This document shows, piece by piece, positions 29,558-46,385 of a stretch of DNA of 64,000 nt (position 1 is the first letter of the stretch; each line of letters starts with the position of its first letter). Both the position numbers and the translations under genes were made by a program. Source of the DNA: Pseudomonadota bacterium (GTDB lineage Bacteria; Pseudomonadota; Gammaproteobacteria; Steroidobacterales; JBCCMA01); NCBI GenBank assembly GCA_039026595.1, contig JBCCMA010000001.1:24740-88739 (forward strand), in the 5' to 3' direction. A model generated the notes under the pieces. That model saw only the letters and a program-made list of their open reading frames with translations, was not told where the DNA came from and ran no database searches.

Positions 29558-30567
29558 GCGTCGAACGCCTCTTCCAGAGCACGGTCTATGCGCACGTCTG
29601 CACCGGACTCATCCAGCGGATTGCGCCGTAAACGATGTCGCAGGGCCGGATGCGCGATCCGCCGGACGTGATCGAGTGTCACCGTGTCATCGCCATCAAA
29701 CGCTGCCAACGCGCGCGCCGTTCGCAGCAGCGTCAGTTCGCCGCGCAGTCCGTCGGTGGATAACGACAGGCACAACCGGGCGCAGTCCTCGAGAAGGTCG
29801 TCCGGTACTTGAACGCTGCCGAGTGCTTCACGCGCACGGACAATCTTTCGGCGAAGTGTCGATTCCCGACGGGCCCATTTTCTGGCAAACGCCACCGGGT
29901 CGGATTCATACGCGTCCCGCCGACGAATCACCTCCACTCGCTGCTTCACATCGGTGGGCGTGCTGACCTGAACCGACAGTCCAAAACGGTCGAGCAACTG
30001 CGGTCGAAGTTCCCCTTCTTCCGGGTTACCACTGCCCACCAGAACAAACTTGGCCGCGTGCCGAACGCTAAGGCCCTCTCGCTCCACCCGGTTCTCTCCG
30101 GACGCCGCAACATCGAGCAACAGATCGACGATGTGGTCCTCCAGAAGGTTGACCTCATCGATGTACAAAAAGCCGCGATGGGCCCGCGCAAGCAATCCGG
30201 GCTCAAAGGATTTCTCACCGTGGACCAGCGCCCGTTCAAGGTCCAGGGAACCAACAACGCGGTCCTCGGTCACGCCGAGCGGCAGATCCACAACCGGGGT
30301 GGGCTCCGCCTTCGCTTTTGTGTGGGTCTTGCAGTGACCGCAGTCCGGGTCAATCCGCTCCGGCTCACAACGGTACGCGCACCCGGTGATCGTTGTGGTC
30401 TTGGGCAGCAACGCCGCCAGCGCGCGCACGGTCGTGGACTTGCCGGTACCGCGGTCGCCAAAAACGAGTACGCCACCGACGCCCTGATCCACCGCGGCGA
30501 CCAAAAGCGCCTGGCGCATTTCGTCCTGACCCACGATGGCGGTAAAGGGGAAGGGTTTTACGGCCAT
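29554..30567 (-). CDS. bchI: magnesium chelatase ATPase subunit I
   Basis: FPFTAIVGQDEMRQALLVAAVD, Walker A (GDRGTGKST) and Walker B (LYIDEVNLL). The ORF extends to 30645, but the ATG at 30567 (MAVKPFPF) sits 1 nt after the upstream stop. Confidence 0.95.
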   Translation of the reverse strand: MAVKPFPFTAIVGQDEMRQALLVAAVDQGVGGVLVFGDRGTGKSTTVRALAALLPKTTTITGCAYRCEPERIDPDCGHCKTHTKAKAEPTPVVDLPLGVTEDRVVGSLDLERALVHGEKSFEPGLLARAHRGFLYIDEVNLLEDHIVDLLLDVAASGENRVEREGLSVRHAAKFVLVGSGNPEEGELRPQLLDRFGLSVQVSTPTDVKQRVEVIRRRDAYESDPVAFARKWARRESTLRRKIVRAREALGSVQVPDDLLEDCARLCLSLSTDGLRGELTLLRTARALAAFDGDDTVTLDHVRRIAHPALRHRLRRNPLDESGADVRIDRALEEAFDA

Positions 30568-30568
30568 A

Positions 30569-31351
30569 TCACTCGGCCCCCGCGCGGTCGGTGTCGGGCT
30601 GCCGGGAACGCAGACCCAGACGCCATAACGCGCGATCCGACACATCGATCATCAGAAACAGGTGTTCGAGCATGGCGAGAGACAACAGCGTGGCGCACAA
30701 GACGGCACCGGTGCTGACAAAGAGCGTCGCCGCATCGGCCGCCATGGCGATACAAAGACCGAGCGCAAGCGCGCCGAGCCCCATCGACACCGGAAACAGC
30801 GGGTTCATCGAAGCGCGCGTCACAAATGTGGACAGGTACTGCGATCGCGCCGGCAGAAAATCCAGGTGCAGATTGCGCACCCCGAGAAAGATGTTGAGTT
30901 TCGCGCTCCAGCGCATGCCCCACAGGATGCAATAGGTCCAGAACGCGACGCGGTTGATCGCACCAAAGGTTAACGCAAGAACCAGGCCGCCCGTCGCGAT
31001 GATCGCAAGCTCATGGTAGAGGCTGGCCTGCACGCCACGCTTGAACCGTTCGGTGCGCGAACAGGTTTCGGGGCACGCTTCCGGCCTCGGGCCAGTGACA
31101 AAACCGAGCAGGTACGACACTTCGTGCCACGCCCATACGAGCAACGTACCCGTAAACGCCGCGTAAGCCGCGCTAACCGTATCCAGATGCGTGGTGCGCG
31201 CGATTAACACCAGGCCGGCAAACGCCAGAACGCTGGCCATCGATAACGTTCGCGGAAATGAGCTTTCGGGCAGGCCGGTACGGTAAAGCGTCGCAATCGT
31301 AAAGCCCCACCAAAGAGCAATCGCGACAAAAACTGGAACAAGAATACTCAC
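30569..31351 (-). CDS. puhE: polytopic membrane protein, PuhE-like (putative photosynthetic complex assembly protein 2)
   Basis: 260 aa with about 7 TM segments. It shares a conserved-looking core, WAWHEVSYLLGFVTGPRP ... WSAKLNIFLGVRNL, with the PuhE/DUF3623 family as I remember it. It is embedded in the bch operon. The call comes from topology plus remembered motifs only. Confidence 0.55.
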   Translation of the reverse strand: MSILVPVFVAIALWWGFTIATLYRTGLPESSFPRTLSMASVLAFAGLVLIARTTHLDTVSAAYAAFTGTLLVWAWHEVSYLLGFVTGPRPEACPETCSRTERFKRGVQASLYHELAIIATGGLVLALTFGAINRVAFWTYCILWGMRWSAKLNIFLGVRNLHLDFLPARSQYLSTFVTRASMNPLFPVSMGLGALALGLCIAMAADAATLFVSTGAVLCATLLSLAMLEHLFLMIDVSDRALWRLGLRSRQPDTDRAGAE

Positions 31352-31363
31352 CGCAACGTCCGC

Positions 31364-32797
31364 CTAATTGGGCATATGCGCCAGACCGAGGCCGCGCTTG
31401 TCACTGCCGGGCCGACCGGAGTGACGCGCCAGCGGTCCGATCACAATCAGTGTGATGAACAACAGCAGAATTTCGAGGTGGTAAACCGCGCTGTATCCCG
31501 TGGTGACGGGATTAAAGGCCGGCCCCAGCCACTGGTTCTCGACGAGCGACGTCACGCCATCCCGCAACGCGCCACCCAACGCAATGGCGACGCCCGCGCT
31601 GGTGGCCTGAACGGCACCCCATGCGCCCAGTGCCATGCCGCTGTCACCCTCGCGGGCGAGATTCATGGCCGACACGAGTGTGCCAACGGCAAACAACCCG
31701 GCGCTGAAGCCAACCAGCGCAACACCGCCGCGGAACAGCAGCGCCGAGTCCACCGCGACGGTCAGCGTCACAATGGCAAACGCGAACAGGCCCGACACGG
31801 CGCCGTAGCCCGCCAGCCGGTTGGCGTCCAGCCCGCGGTGCAACCAGCGCGCGGCCAGCGCAAACGCCGTGAGCGTTCCGAGCGCAAGAAGGGCGGTCAA
31901 TGTCGTCGTGGCGCTGACCGATAAACCGAGAACCTGCGCGCCGTAGGGTTCGAGCAGAATGTCCTGCATCGTAAAGCCCAACGTGCCCACGGCCACGGCG
32001 ACAAGAAGACGCACAGACCCGGGGTGCGCCCGAAAGCGGCGCCACGCCTCGCTAAAACGCGGCGAGGGTTCCGTTTTGGCTCGACGTTCAGACTTGCGCG
32101 CCTCCTGCTTCCATACAGCGACCACATTCAGAACCAGTGTCAGGATGGCGGCGCTGTGCAACACCCGGATCAGGCGCACTTGGCTGAAATTATCGAGCAC
32201 GGCCCCCAACACAAGCGCACTCAACAGCATTCCGACCAACAACATTACGAAGAGCAGCGCCACGACCTGCGGTCGATCTTCATCGGGAGCCAAATCCGTT
32301 GCCAGGGCCAAACCGGCCGTCTGGGTGGTGTGCAATCCTGCGCCCACCAATAAAAATGCGAGCGCCGCGCCGATCTGTCCGAACACGACGGGACCGTGTG
32401 TATCGCCGGACATCACGATCAGGGCAAACGGCATGATCGCGAAACCGCCGTACTGCAAGAGAGTACCGATCCAGATAAACGGCACACGCCGCCAGCCAAG
32501 GGCCGACTGATACACATCGGATCGAAATCCGATCAATGCGCGCAAAGGTGCAAACAACAGAGGCAGCGCCACAACGACAGCGACAAGCGTCGCGGACATG
32601 CCCATCTCGACGATCATCACGCGATTGAGCGTGCCGGTCAGCAGCACAATGGCCATGCCAACGCTGATCTGAAACAACGCCAGTCGTGACAAACGCGATA
32701 AAGGCAAATGTTCGCTGGCCACATCAGCGAAGGGCAGGCAGCGGCGCACCAGACCCGCGACGGCCGACGCGTGAGCCGACGGGTCGTTGGCGGTCAT
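31364..32797 (-). CDS. lhaA: PucC/LhaA-family MFS protein (LH1 assembly)
   Basis: 477 aa, 12-TM MFS-like, with the N-terminal motif RLSRLALFQISVGMAIVLLTGTLNRVMIVE typical of the PucC/LhaA (BCD) family. It lies immediately after bchM, as lhaA does. Confidence 0.85.
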   Translation of the reverse strand: MTANDPSAHASAVAGLVRRCLPFADVASEHLPLSRLSRLALFQISVGMAIVLLTGTLNRVMIVEMGMSATLVAVVVALPLLFAPLRALIGFRSDVYQSALGWRRVPFIWIGTLLQYGGFAIMPFALIVMSGDTHGPVVFGQIGAALAFLLVGAGLHTTQTAGLALATDLAPDEDRPQVVALLFVMLLVGMLLSALVLGAVLDNFSQVRLIRVLHSAAILTLVLNVVAVWKQEARKSERRAKTEPSPRFSEAWRRFRAHPGSVRLLVAVAVGTLGFTMQDILLEPYGAQVLGLSVSATTTLTALLALGTLTAFALAARWLHRGLDANRLAGYGAVSGLFAFAIVTLTVAVDSALLFRGGVALVGFSAGLFAVGTLVSAMNLAREGDSGMALGAWGAVQATSAGVAIALGGALRDGVTSLVENQWLGPAFNPVTTGYSAVYHLEILLLFITLIVIGPLARHSGRPGSDKRGLGLAHMPN

Positions 32798-33494
32798 GAT
32801 CGAACCAGTCGCATGCCTGTGGAGGTGTAAAAACCGCGACTGACCGGATTGATATCATCGATGCGCCAATCCTTCAGCGCCGGCTCGTGCCGAATCGCTT
32901 CGCGCAGCCGACGTTCGGCGATCGGCTCGATCGCCGGAGCACGGTGCTGCAGATTTGGGATCAGACGACCCACACGGTGCATAATCGACAGCGCGACCGT
33001 TCGCGGCGCGAACGTGAAGATAATGGCGCGCCGTGTGCGCGGCGCGTAACTCGCAAGCATATTGACCAAATGCTCGCAGCCGTAATGGATCATCGAATCC
33101 ATCGCCACGACGTAGTCGAACTCGCCCAGCGAGTCATCGAGCATATCGCCAACGTGGAACGTGACCCGCTCATGGTCGATGCTCGGGATACGTTCGCGTG
33201 CGATGTCGATTAACGTAGGCGAAACGTCTGCCGCGACAACGTGGCCGCCCCGCGCGGCGACAATTTGCGCCAATGCGCCGGTGCCGCAGCCCGCATCGAG
33301 CAGGCGCGTGCCGTCCATGATGGTGGGCAACCAGGCGAGAAGGCCCTCGCGCATTTCATCACGCCCGGCCCGGACCGTCGCCCGCACGCGACCCACAGGT
33401 GCATCTGATGTCAGGCGACGCCAGTTCTCGGCGGCCGTCCTGTCAAAGTAGGCCTCCAGCCGGTGCTTGCGTTCGATGTAGTCCGTTGGCGCCA

Positions 33495-33495
<1 letters not shown>
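32794..33495 (-). CDS. bchM: Mg-protoporphyrin IX methyltransferase
   Basis: SAM motif LLDAGCGTGALA. The gene is 233 aa and follows bchL. Confidence 0.93.
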
Positions 33496-41466
<7,971 letters not shown>

Positions 41467-41654
41467 AAGGGCAGCAAAGTGGATCGGTTACCCTGAATCT
41501 AAGCCCGGTAGGCAGCACTGTCAACAAACATGTACGTCATGTTTTCTTGACATTCGAGCGGGTTGCGCGCTTAGTGGTAGCCGACGTGCTGCGCATGTCG
41601 GGACGGGGTGTATAGTCCAACGACCGCATCCACAGGCCTGGGAGGCCTGTCGCA

Positions 41655-42527
41655 ATGACGACGCATCCCACTGACGACGAGCAAGAAGCTCGTTGTGACG
41701 ACCGGGCGACGCCTGATTCTTGTGATCAATCGTCGCTTCTGGCCCGGACTATTGAGGGGGAGATCATCCCGCGCCTGATGATGACGGTAAATGTGCTACC
41801 CAATCCGCTGTCTCTGGAGCAAGCTCGCGACGTTAGCGGCTTGTTCGAGGACAATGAGGAGCTGATCGCCGAGCTGATTCGGCTACTCCTTAACCACGAT
41901 GCGCGGGTGTCCGTCGAATTCCTGAGCGGTCTGCGGTCGCGCGGAGCCACGCTTCGGGACATGTATCTGGACCTTCTCGCACCGGCGGCCCGTCAGCTCG
42001 GGGTTATGTGGGAAGAGGACACGGCCAACTTCGCCCAGGTCACCGTCGGCGTCAGCCGACTACACCAGATTCTGCTTCAGTTCAGCCCGCTGTTTTGCGC
42101 CGAGGCTCCGGACAACCACAACGGTCGAACGGCAGCCATTTTTGCGCTGCCGGGCGAATCGCACACGTTCGGTATCTTCATGGTCGTCGAGTTCTTCCGA
42201 CGCGCCGGCTGGACCGTCTACAGCGGCACGCTCAGCGAAGACAGCGCCGTTAAACAGCTGTTGAGCACCCACGAGGTGGATGTTTTTGGGGTATCCGTCA
42301 GCGCCGAGCGCCATTTGACCGAACTACCCGAACGCATCGCCCGCCTGCGCGCGGCGTCCCGTAACCCGGAAATGAAAGTGATTTGCGGCGGTCACGCTTT
42401 TCTCCGGGACAGCACCCTGCATACCAGTATCGGGGCGGACGGGTTCGCCGAGGACGGCCGCCGTGCTGTCGAACTTGCCAATACACTGGTCAAGATCAAT
42501 GCAGCGACGCAGCCCGGTACCGCTTGA
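41655..42527 (+). CDS. ppaA: cobalamin-binding antirepressor PpaA/AerR
   Basis: The C-terminal B12-binding domain carries the E/DxHxxG motif (ALPGESHTFGIFMVVEFFRRAGWTV). It lies directly upstream of ppsR and divergent from bchF. Confidence 0.85.
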   Translation: MTTHPTDDEQEARCDDRATPDSCDQSSLLARTIEGEIIPRLMMTVNVLPNPLSLEQARDVSGLFEDNEELIAELIRLLLNHDARVSVEFLSGLRSRGATLRDMYLDLLAPAARQLGVMWEEDTANFAQVTVGVSRLHQILLQFSPLFCAEAPDNHNGRTAAIFALPGESHTFGIFMVVEFFRRAGWTVYSGTLSEDSAVKQLLSTHEVDVFGVSVSAERHLTELPERIARLRAASRNPEMKVICGGHAFLRDSTLHTSIGADGFAEDGRRAVELANTLVKINAATQPGTA

Positions 42528-42575
42528 TCGGCCTGCACGACATGACTTTCTGAGCTCTTCCCAGACGTTTTTGCC

Positions 42576-44006
42576 ATGACCTCCCGCTCCCAATCCAGCA
42601 GCCAGATCGCAAAACGCTACGCGAGTAGCATTCAGGTCGACGCAATGCGCCAGATTCTGGCGGGCGCGAACGACATCGCGCTGGTTATTGATCGCAAGGG
42701 CGTTGTGCGCGACGTTGCAGCAGAGCACGACAAGGACATTTTGTCGCTTGCGGGAGGCTGGGTCGGTTCACCCTGGATCGACACGGTGACGACCGAGAGC
42801 CGGCCCAAGGTGGAGTCGATTCTGCGAGCCACCGAAACCGATCGGCCGTCGCGCTGGCGGCATTTGAACCACCCGTCACCGAGCGACGGACCGGATCTGC
42901 CCGTCATGTACCGCGCCTTCGGACTGGGAGAGCCGTCGTACCGCATTGTCATGGGTCGTGACCTGCGCCCTATGTCATCACTGCAGCAACAACTGCTCGA
43001 TGTTCAGCAATCGATCGAGCGGGACTATGCGCGTCTGTACCACGCCGAAACCCGCTATCGCATGCTATTCCAGGTGTCATCCGAAGCGGTACTGATCGTA
43101 GACGCCGGCAGCGGCCAGGTGATCGAGGCCAATCCCGCGGCGGCGGCGCTGTTTGACCAACCCGTCAACAAGGTCATCGGTCAGCCCCTCGCCAAGTTCT
43201 TTGCGCGGGGCGAAGCCGACGCGCTTGCCGCCATGCAAGCCCGCCTCAGCGCAGCTGGCAAACCCGAGGAACTCACCGGAACCACGCGCGATGGCGATTC
43301 GATGACGATCGCCGCAACCTTCCTGCGCCATGATTCGTCCCCGCTGGCGCTGCTGCGCCTGCATCCCGCTGGAACGTCAATGACCGAACGCAGCAGTGGC
43401 GGACCATCGGTGGCACTTGAGGTGATGGAACGCTCACCCGACGCGTTTGTGATCACCGATTTGAATGGGCGAATACTCACCGTTAATGACGCCTTCATTT
43501 CACTGTGCCAGGTTGCTTCCGAACTGCAGCTTGTCAATCAACCTCTGGACCAGTGGGTCGGTCGGCCCGGTGTCGATGTGGATGTACTGCGCAAAAACCT
43601 GAAACAGCGTGGCGAAATTCGGCACTTTGCCACGCGGATCAACCCCGAATACGGGGCCAGCGTGGACGTCGAATTATCCGCCGTGGCCGTCAAAGACGGC
43701 GAGTTGCCCTGCCTCGGCTTCGTGATCAGACATGTTATGCGCCCGGCCCGCAGTGCCACGATGGCCAGCCAGCCCATGGTGCGTACGCTGGAGCAAATGA
43801 CCGAACTGGTCGGCCAAGTGCCCATGAAGGATCTCGTCCGGGAAACGACCGACATCATTGAAAGAATGTGCATCGAGGCGGCGCTCAAATTGACCACAAA
43901 CAACCGGGCCTCTGCCGCCGACATGCTGGGCCTTTCGCGCCAGAGCCTTTACGTCAAGCTCAATAGATATGGCATTGGAGAGCCAAGAGGCGACGACGCA
44001 GCCTGA
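42576..44006 (+). CDS. ppsR: photosynthesis gene repressor PpsR/CrtJ (PAS-PAS-HTH)
   Basis: 476 aa with PAS-like repeats and a C-terminal Fis-type HTH (NNRASAADMLGLSRQSLYVKLNRYGI). Confidence 0.92.
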   Translation: MTSRSQSSSQIAKRYASSIQVDAMRQILAGANDIALVIDRKGVVRDVAAEHDKDILSLAGGWVGSPWIDTVTTESRPKVESILRATETDRPSRWRHLNHPSPSDGPDLPVMYRAFGLGEPSYRIVMGRDLRPMSSLQQQLLDVQQSIERDYARLYHAETRYRMLFQVSSEAVLIVDAGSGQVIEANPAAAALFDQPVNKVIGQPLAKFFARGEADALAAMQARLSAAGKPEELTGTTRDGDSMTIAATFLRHDSSPLALLRLHPAGTSMTERSSGGPSVALEVMERSPDAFVITDLNGRILTVNDAFISLCQVASELQLVNQPLDQWVGRPGVDVDVLRKNLKQRGEIRHFATRINPEYGASVDVELSAVAVKDGELPCLGFVIRHVMRPARSATMASQPMVRTLEQMTELVGQVPMKDLVRETTDIIERMCIEAALKLTTNNRASAADMLGLSRQSLYVKLNRYGIGEPRGDDAA

Positions 44007-44062
44007 TTTTTCGCGCATTCCAGCCGTACCCAGCCGTGCGGCCAGTGTCTAGTTTGGTTAAC

Positions 44063-44080
44063 TGTCAATTTTGCTTGACT
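44063..44080. promoter_or_regulatory. imperfect PpsR-like dyad upstream of bchG
   Basis: TGTCAATTTTGCTTGACT is TGT-N12-ACT, one mismatch from the consensus. Its right half is a TTGACT -35-like hexamer with TAGGTT 17 nt downstream, about 30 nt before the bchG ATG. Confidence 0.35.
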
Positions 44081-44109
44081 GATTTTTGGCCACAAGCTAG
44101 GTTGAGGCT

Positions 44110-45018
44110 ATGTCACGCGCGACCACACATCCAGCGGTGGTCAGCCGCCCCGCGTGGACGGCTTACCTTGAGCTTCTGAAACCCATCACGTGGTTTCCGC
44201 CCATGTGGGCATTTGCCTGTGGATTGGTTGCCTCCGGTGCGCTTCTGGGTGATCGCTGGCTGTTCGTTCTCGGCGGTATCGCGCTGACCGGACCACTGGT
44301 CTGCGGCACCTCGCAGGTGGTCAACGACTGGTTCGACCGCCATGTTGACGCCATCAACGAACCGCATCGCCCCATTCCATCTGGCCGCGTCCCCGAACAA
44401 CGCGCGCTGTTCTTTGCCATCGCGTGGACCGGCGTCTCGTTTATTGTGGCGGCCCTTCTGGGCCCGTGGGTGTTTGCCGCCACGGTCGTCGCTCAGATTC
44501 TGGCCTGGGCCTACAGTGCGCCGCCGTTTCGTCTGAAACTGAACGGATGGTGGGGCAACGCAGCGGTCGGAGCGTGCTACGAGGGTCTGCCATGGCTAAC
44601 CGCGGCCGCCGTGTTGAGCGCCGCCGCGCCCACGTGGCATTCGTGGGCCGCCGCCGCGCTCTACAGCCTTGGCGCGCACGGCATCATGACGCTGAATGAT
44701 TTCAAGTCGATCGAGGGCGACCGCAAGACAGGTGTTCGGTCGCTGCCCGCGCGCTATGGCGCCGATGTCGGTGCCCAACTCGCCTGTTTGTTCATGGTGG
44801 TGCCGCAGATCGGGGTTATCGCGCTGCTGCACATCCTGGGACAGCCTGTCTATGCTGGCGGGGTCGGCCTTTTGCTGCTGGGTCAACTGCTGCTGATGCG
44901 GCGGCTCGCCACCGATCCGAAACGCCTAGCGCCTTGGTACAACGCCACCGGTGTGGCGCTCTACGTCAGCGGCATGATGCTAACGGCGTTCGCCATTCGC
45001 AGCGTGCTTCTGCCATGA
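44110..45018 (+). CDS. bchG: bacteriochlorophyll synthase (UbiA-family prenyltransferase)
   Basis: LELLKPITWFPPMWAFACG and the Asp-rich motif NDWFDRHVDAINEPHRPIPSG. Confidence 0.93.
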   Translation: MSRATTHPAVVSRPAWTAYLELLKPITWFPPMWAFACGLVASGALLGDRWLFVLGGIALTGPLVCGTSQVVNDWFDRHVDAINEPHRPIPSGRVPEQRALFFAIAWTGVSFIVAALLGPWVFAATVVAQILAWAYSAPPFRLKLNGWWGNAAVGACYEGLPWLTAAAVLSAAAPTWHSWAAAALYSLGAHGIMTLNDFKSIEGDRKTGVRSLPARYGADVGAQLACLFMVVPQIGVIALLHILGQPVYAGGVGLLLLGQLLLMRRLATDPKRLAPWYNATGVALYVSGMMLTAFAIRSVLLP

Positions 45019-46385
45019 GTCGTGCATCGCACAAGGGCTTGAGCTGGTTTGGCATCGCGCGCCTTGGGCTGGTTCAGACTGCGCTTGGCGCGGTTGTTGT
45101 CCTCACCACATCCACTTTTAATCGTGTGATGGTCGTGGAACTGTCGTTGGCGGCTGTTCTGCCCGGCTTGCTTGTCGCCGCCCACTACGCGATCCAGATC
45201 CTGCGCCCCCGGTTTGGTCACGGCTCGGATACAGGCGGCCGACGCACGCCGTGGATTATCGGCGGCATGATCGTTCTCGCGTTCGGCGGCACGCTGGCCG
45301 CAGTGGCGATTGCCATTGCCGCCGATCACATTGCTGCCGGCCTTGCGTTGTCACTGATCGCTTATCTCATGATTGGTATGGGCGTCGGCGCGTGCGGCAC
45401 GTCGCTGCTGGTCCTGCTCGCCGAGCGCGCCGCGCCCGAGCGACGCCCCGCTGCGGCCACCATGACGTGGGTCATGATGATTATCGGATTCATCGTGACC
45501 ACGATTGTGGTCGGCGAACTGCTCGACCCGTTCTCGATGCAACGACTGGTCGCCGTGACGGCGGGGGTTGGCATGGTCGCGGTGCTGATCACTCTGCTCG
45601 CAAGCGCCGGTATCGAGTCAGGTGGTGCCGCGGTACAGCCCGCCAGCGCAGAAGCGCCACGCGGTGATTTCCGAACGGCTATACGCGAGGTTCTTAGCGA
45701 ACAGCGCACCCGACGGTTTGGGTTTTTCGTCTTTATGTCGATGCTCGCGTACAGCGCGCAGGACCTGCTCGTTGAACCGTTCGCAGGCGCCCTGTTCGGT
45801 CTGACGCCGGGCGAATCAACTCAACTGGGCGGCGTGCAACACGGCGGCGTCCTGCTTGGCATGATCCTGGTTGGCCTGATCGGATCGGCGTATGGCAAAG
45901 GTCGCGAGCGACCGCTGCGGGTGTGCATGGTCGCCGGCTGTCTCGGTTCAGCGACGATGCTGTCCCTGCTTGCGCTGGCTGCGTACAACGGTGGCGACTG
46001 GCCCTTGGTCGCCAATTTGTTCGCACTCGGACTGGCCAACGGCCTTTTTGCCGTCGCGGCGATCGGCTCGATGATGAGCATGGTCAGTGAAGGGCACGAG
46101 AACCGGGACGGCGTCCGCATGGGCGTTTGGGGTGCCGCACAGGCCATCGCATTTGGTCTCGGCGGGGTGATCGGCACTGCGCTCGTTGACGTTGTGCAAT
46201 GGCTCACCGGTTCCACGCCGACGGCCTATGGCCTTGCCTTTGTATTACAGGCCGCACTGTTTGTTGCGGCCACTCTGATTGCGGTCTCGCTCAGTCGTGA
46301 TGCCGCGACGGCCCTGTCGCGCCCTGCGTCGGTCGAGCCTTTTAATCGCGTTGCCAGTCAGGAGACAGCGCATGGACAAGTTTGA
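45015..46385 (+). CDS. PucC-family MFS protein of the bchG-bchP operon (orf428/bch2 type)
   Basis: ORF 44934..46385. The ATG at 45015 overlaps the bchG stop (ATGA). The sequence RLGLVQTALGAVVVLTTSTFNRVMVVEL repeats the PucC-family N-terminal motif seen in lhaA. Confidence 0.82.
   Translation: MSRASHKGLSWFGIARLGLVQTALGAVVVLTTSTFNRVMVVELSLAAVLPGLLVAAHYAIQILRPRFGHGSDTGGRRTPWIIGGMIVLAFGGTLAAVAIAIAADHIAAGLALSLIAYLMIGMGVGACGTSLLVLLAERAAPERRPAAATMTWVMMIIGFIVTTIVVGELLDPFSMQRLVAVTAGVGMVAVLITLLASAGIESGGAAVQPASAEAPRGDFRTAIREVLSEQRTRRFGFFVFMSMLAYSAQDLLVEPFAGALFGLTPGESTQLGGVQHGGVLLGMILVGLIGSAYGKGRERPLRVCMVAGCLGSATMLSLLALAAYNGGDWPLVANLFALGLANGLFAVAAIGSMMSMVSEGHENRDGVRMGVWGAAQAIAFGLGGVIGTALVDVVQWLTGSTPTAYGLAFVLQAALFVAATLIAVSLSRDAATALSRPASVEPFNRVASQETAHGQV

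Noticed and set aside
29554-30645. N-terminal extensions in the ORF track: bchI to 30645, bchX to 20184, bchP from 46279, pucC-like from 44934, tspO from 47142, mscL from 48814, GNAT to 59058, crtE to 23292, the giant protein to 54336, and the cyclophilin-like gene from 5247.
   Set aside because: In each case an internal start reproduces the conserved family N-terminus or a signal peptide, and it usually forms an ATGA or short-gap junction with the upstream gene. The extensions are Arg-rich, overlap neighbouring genes or terminators, and some begin at TTG or GTG.
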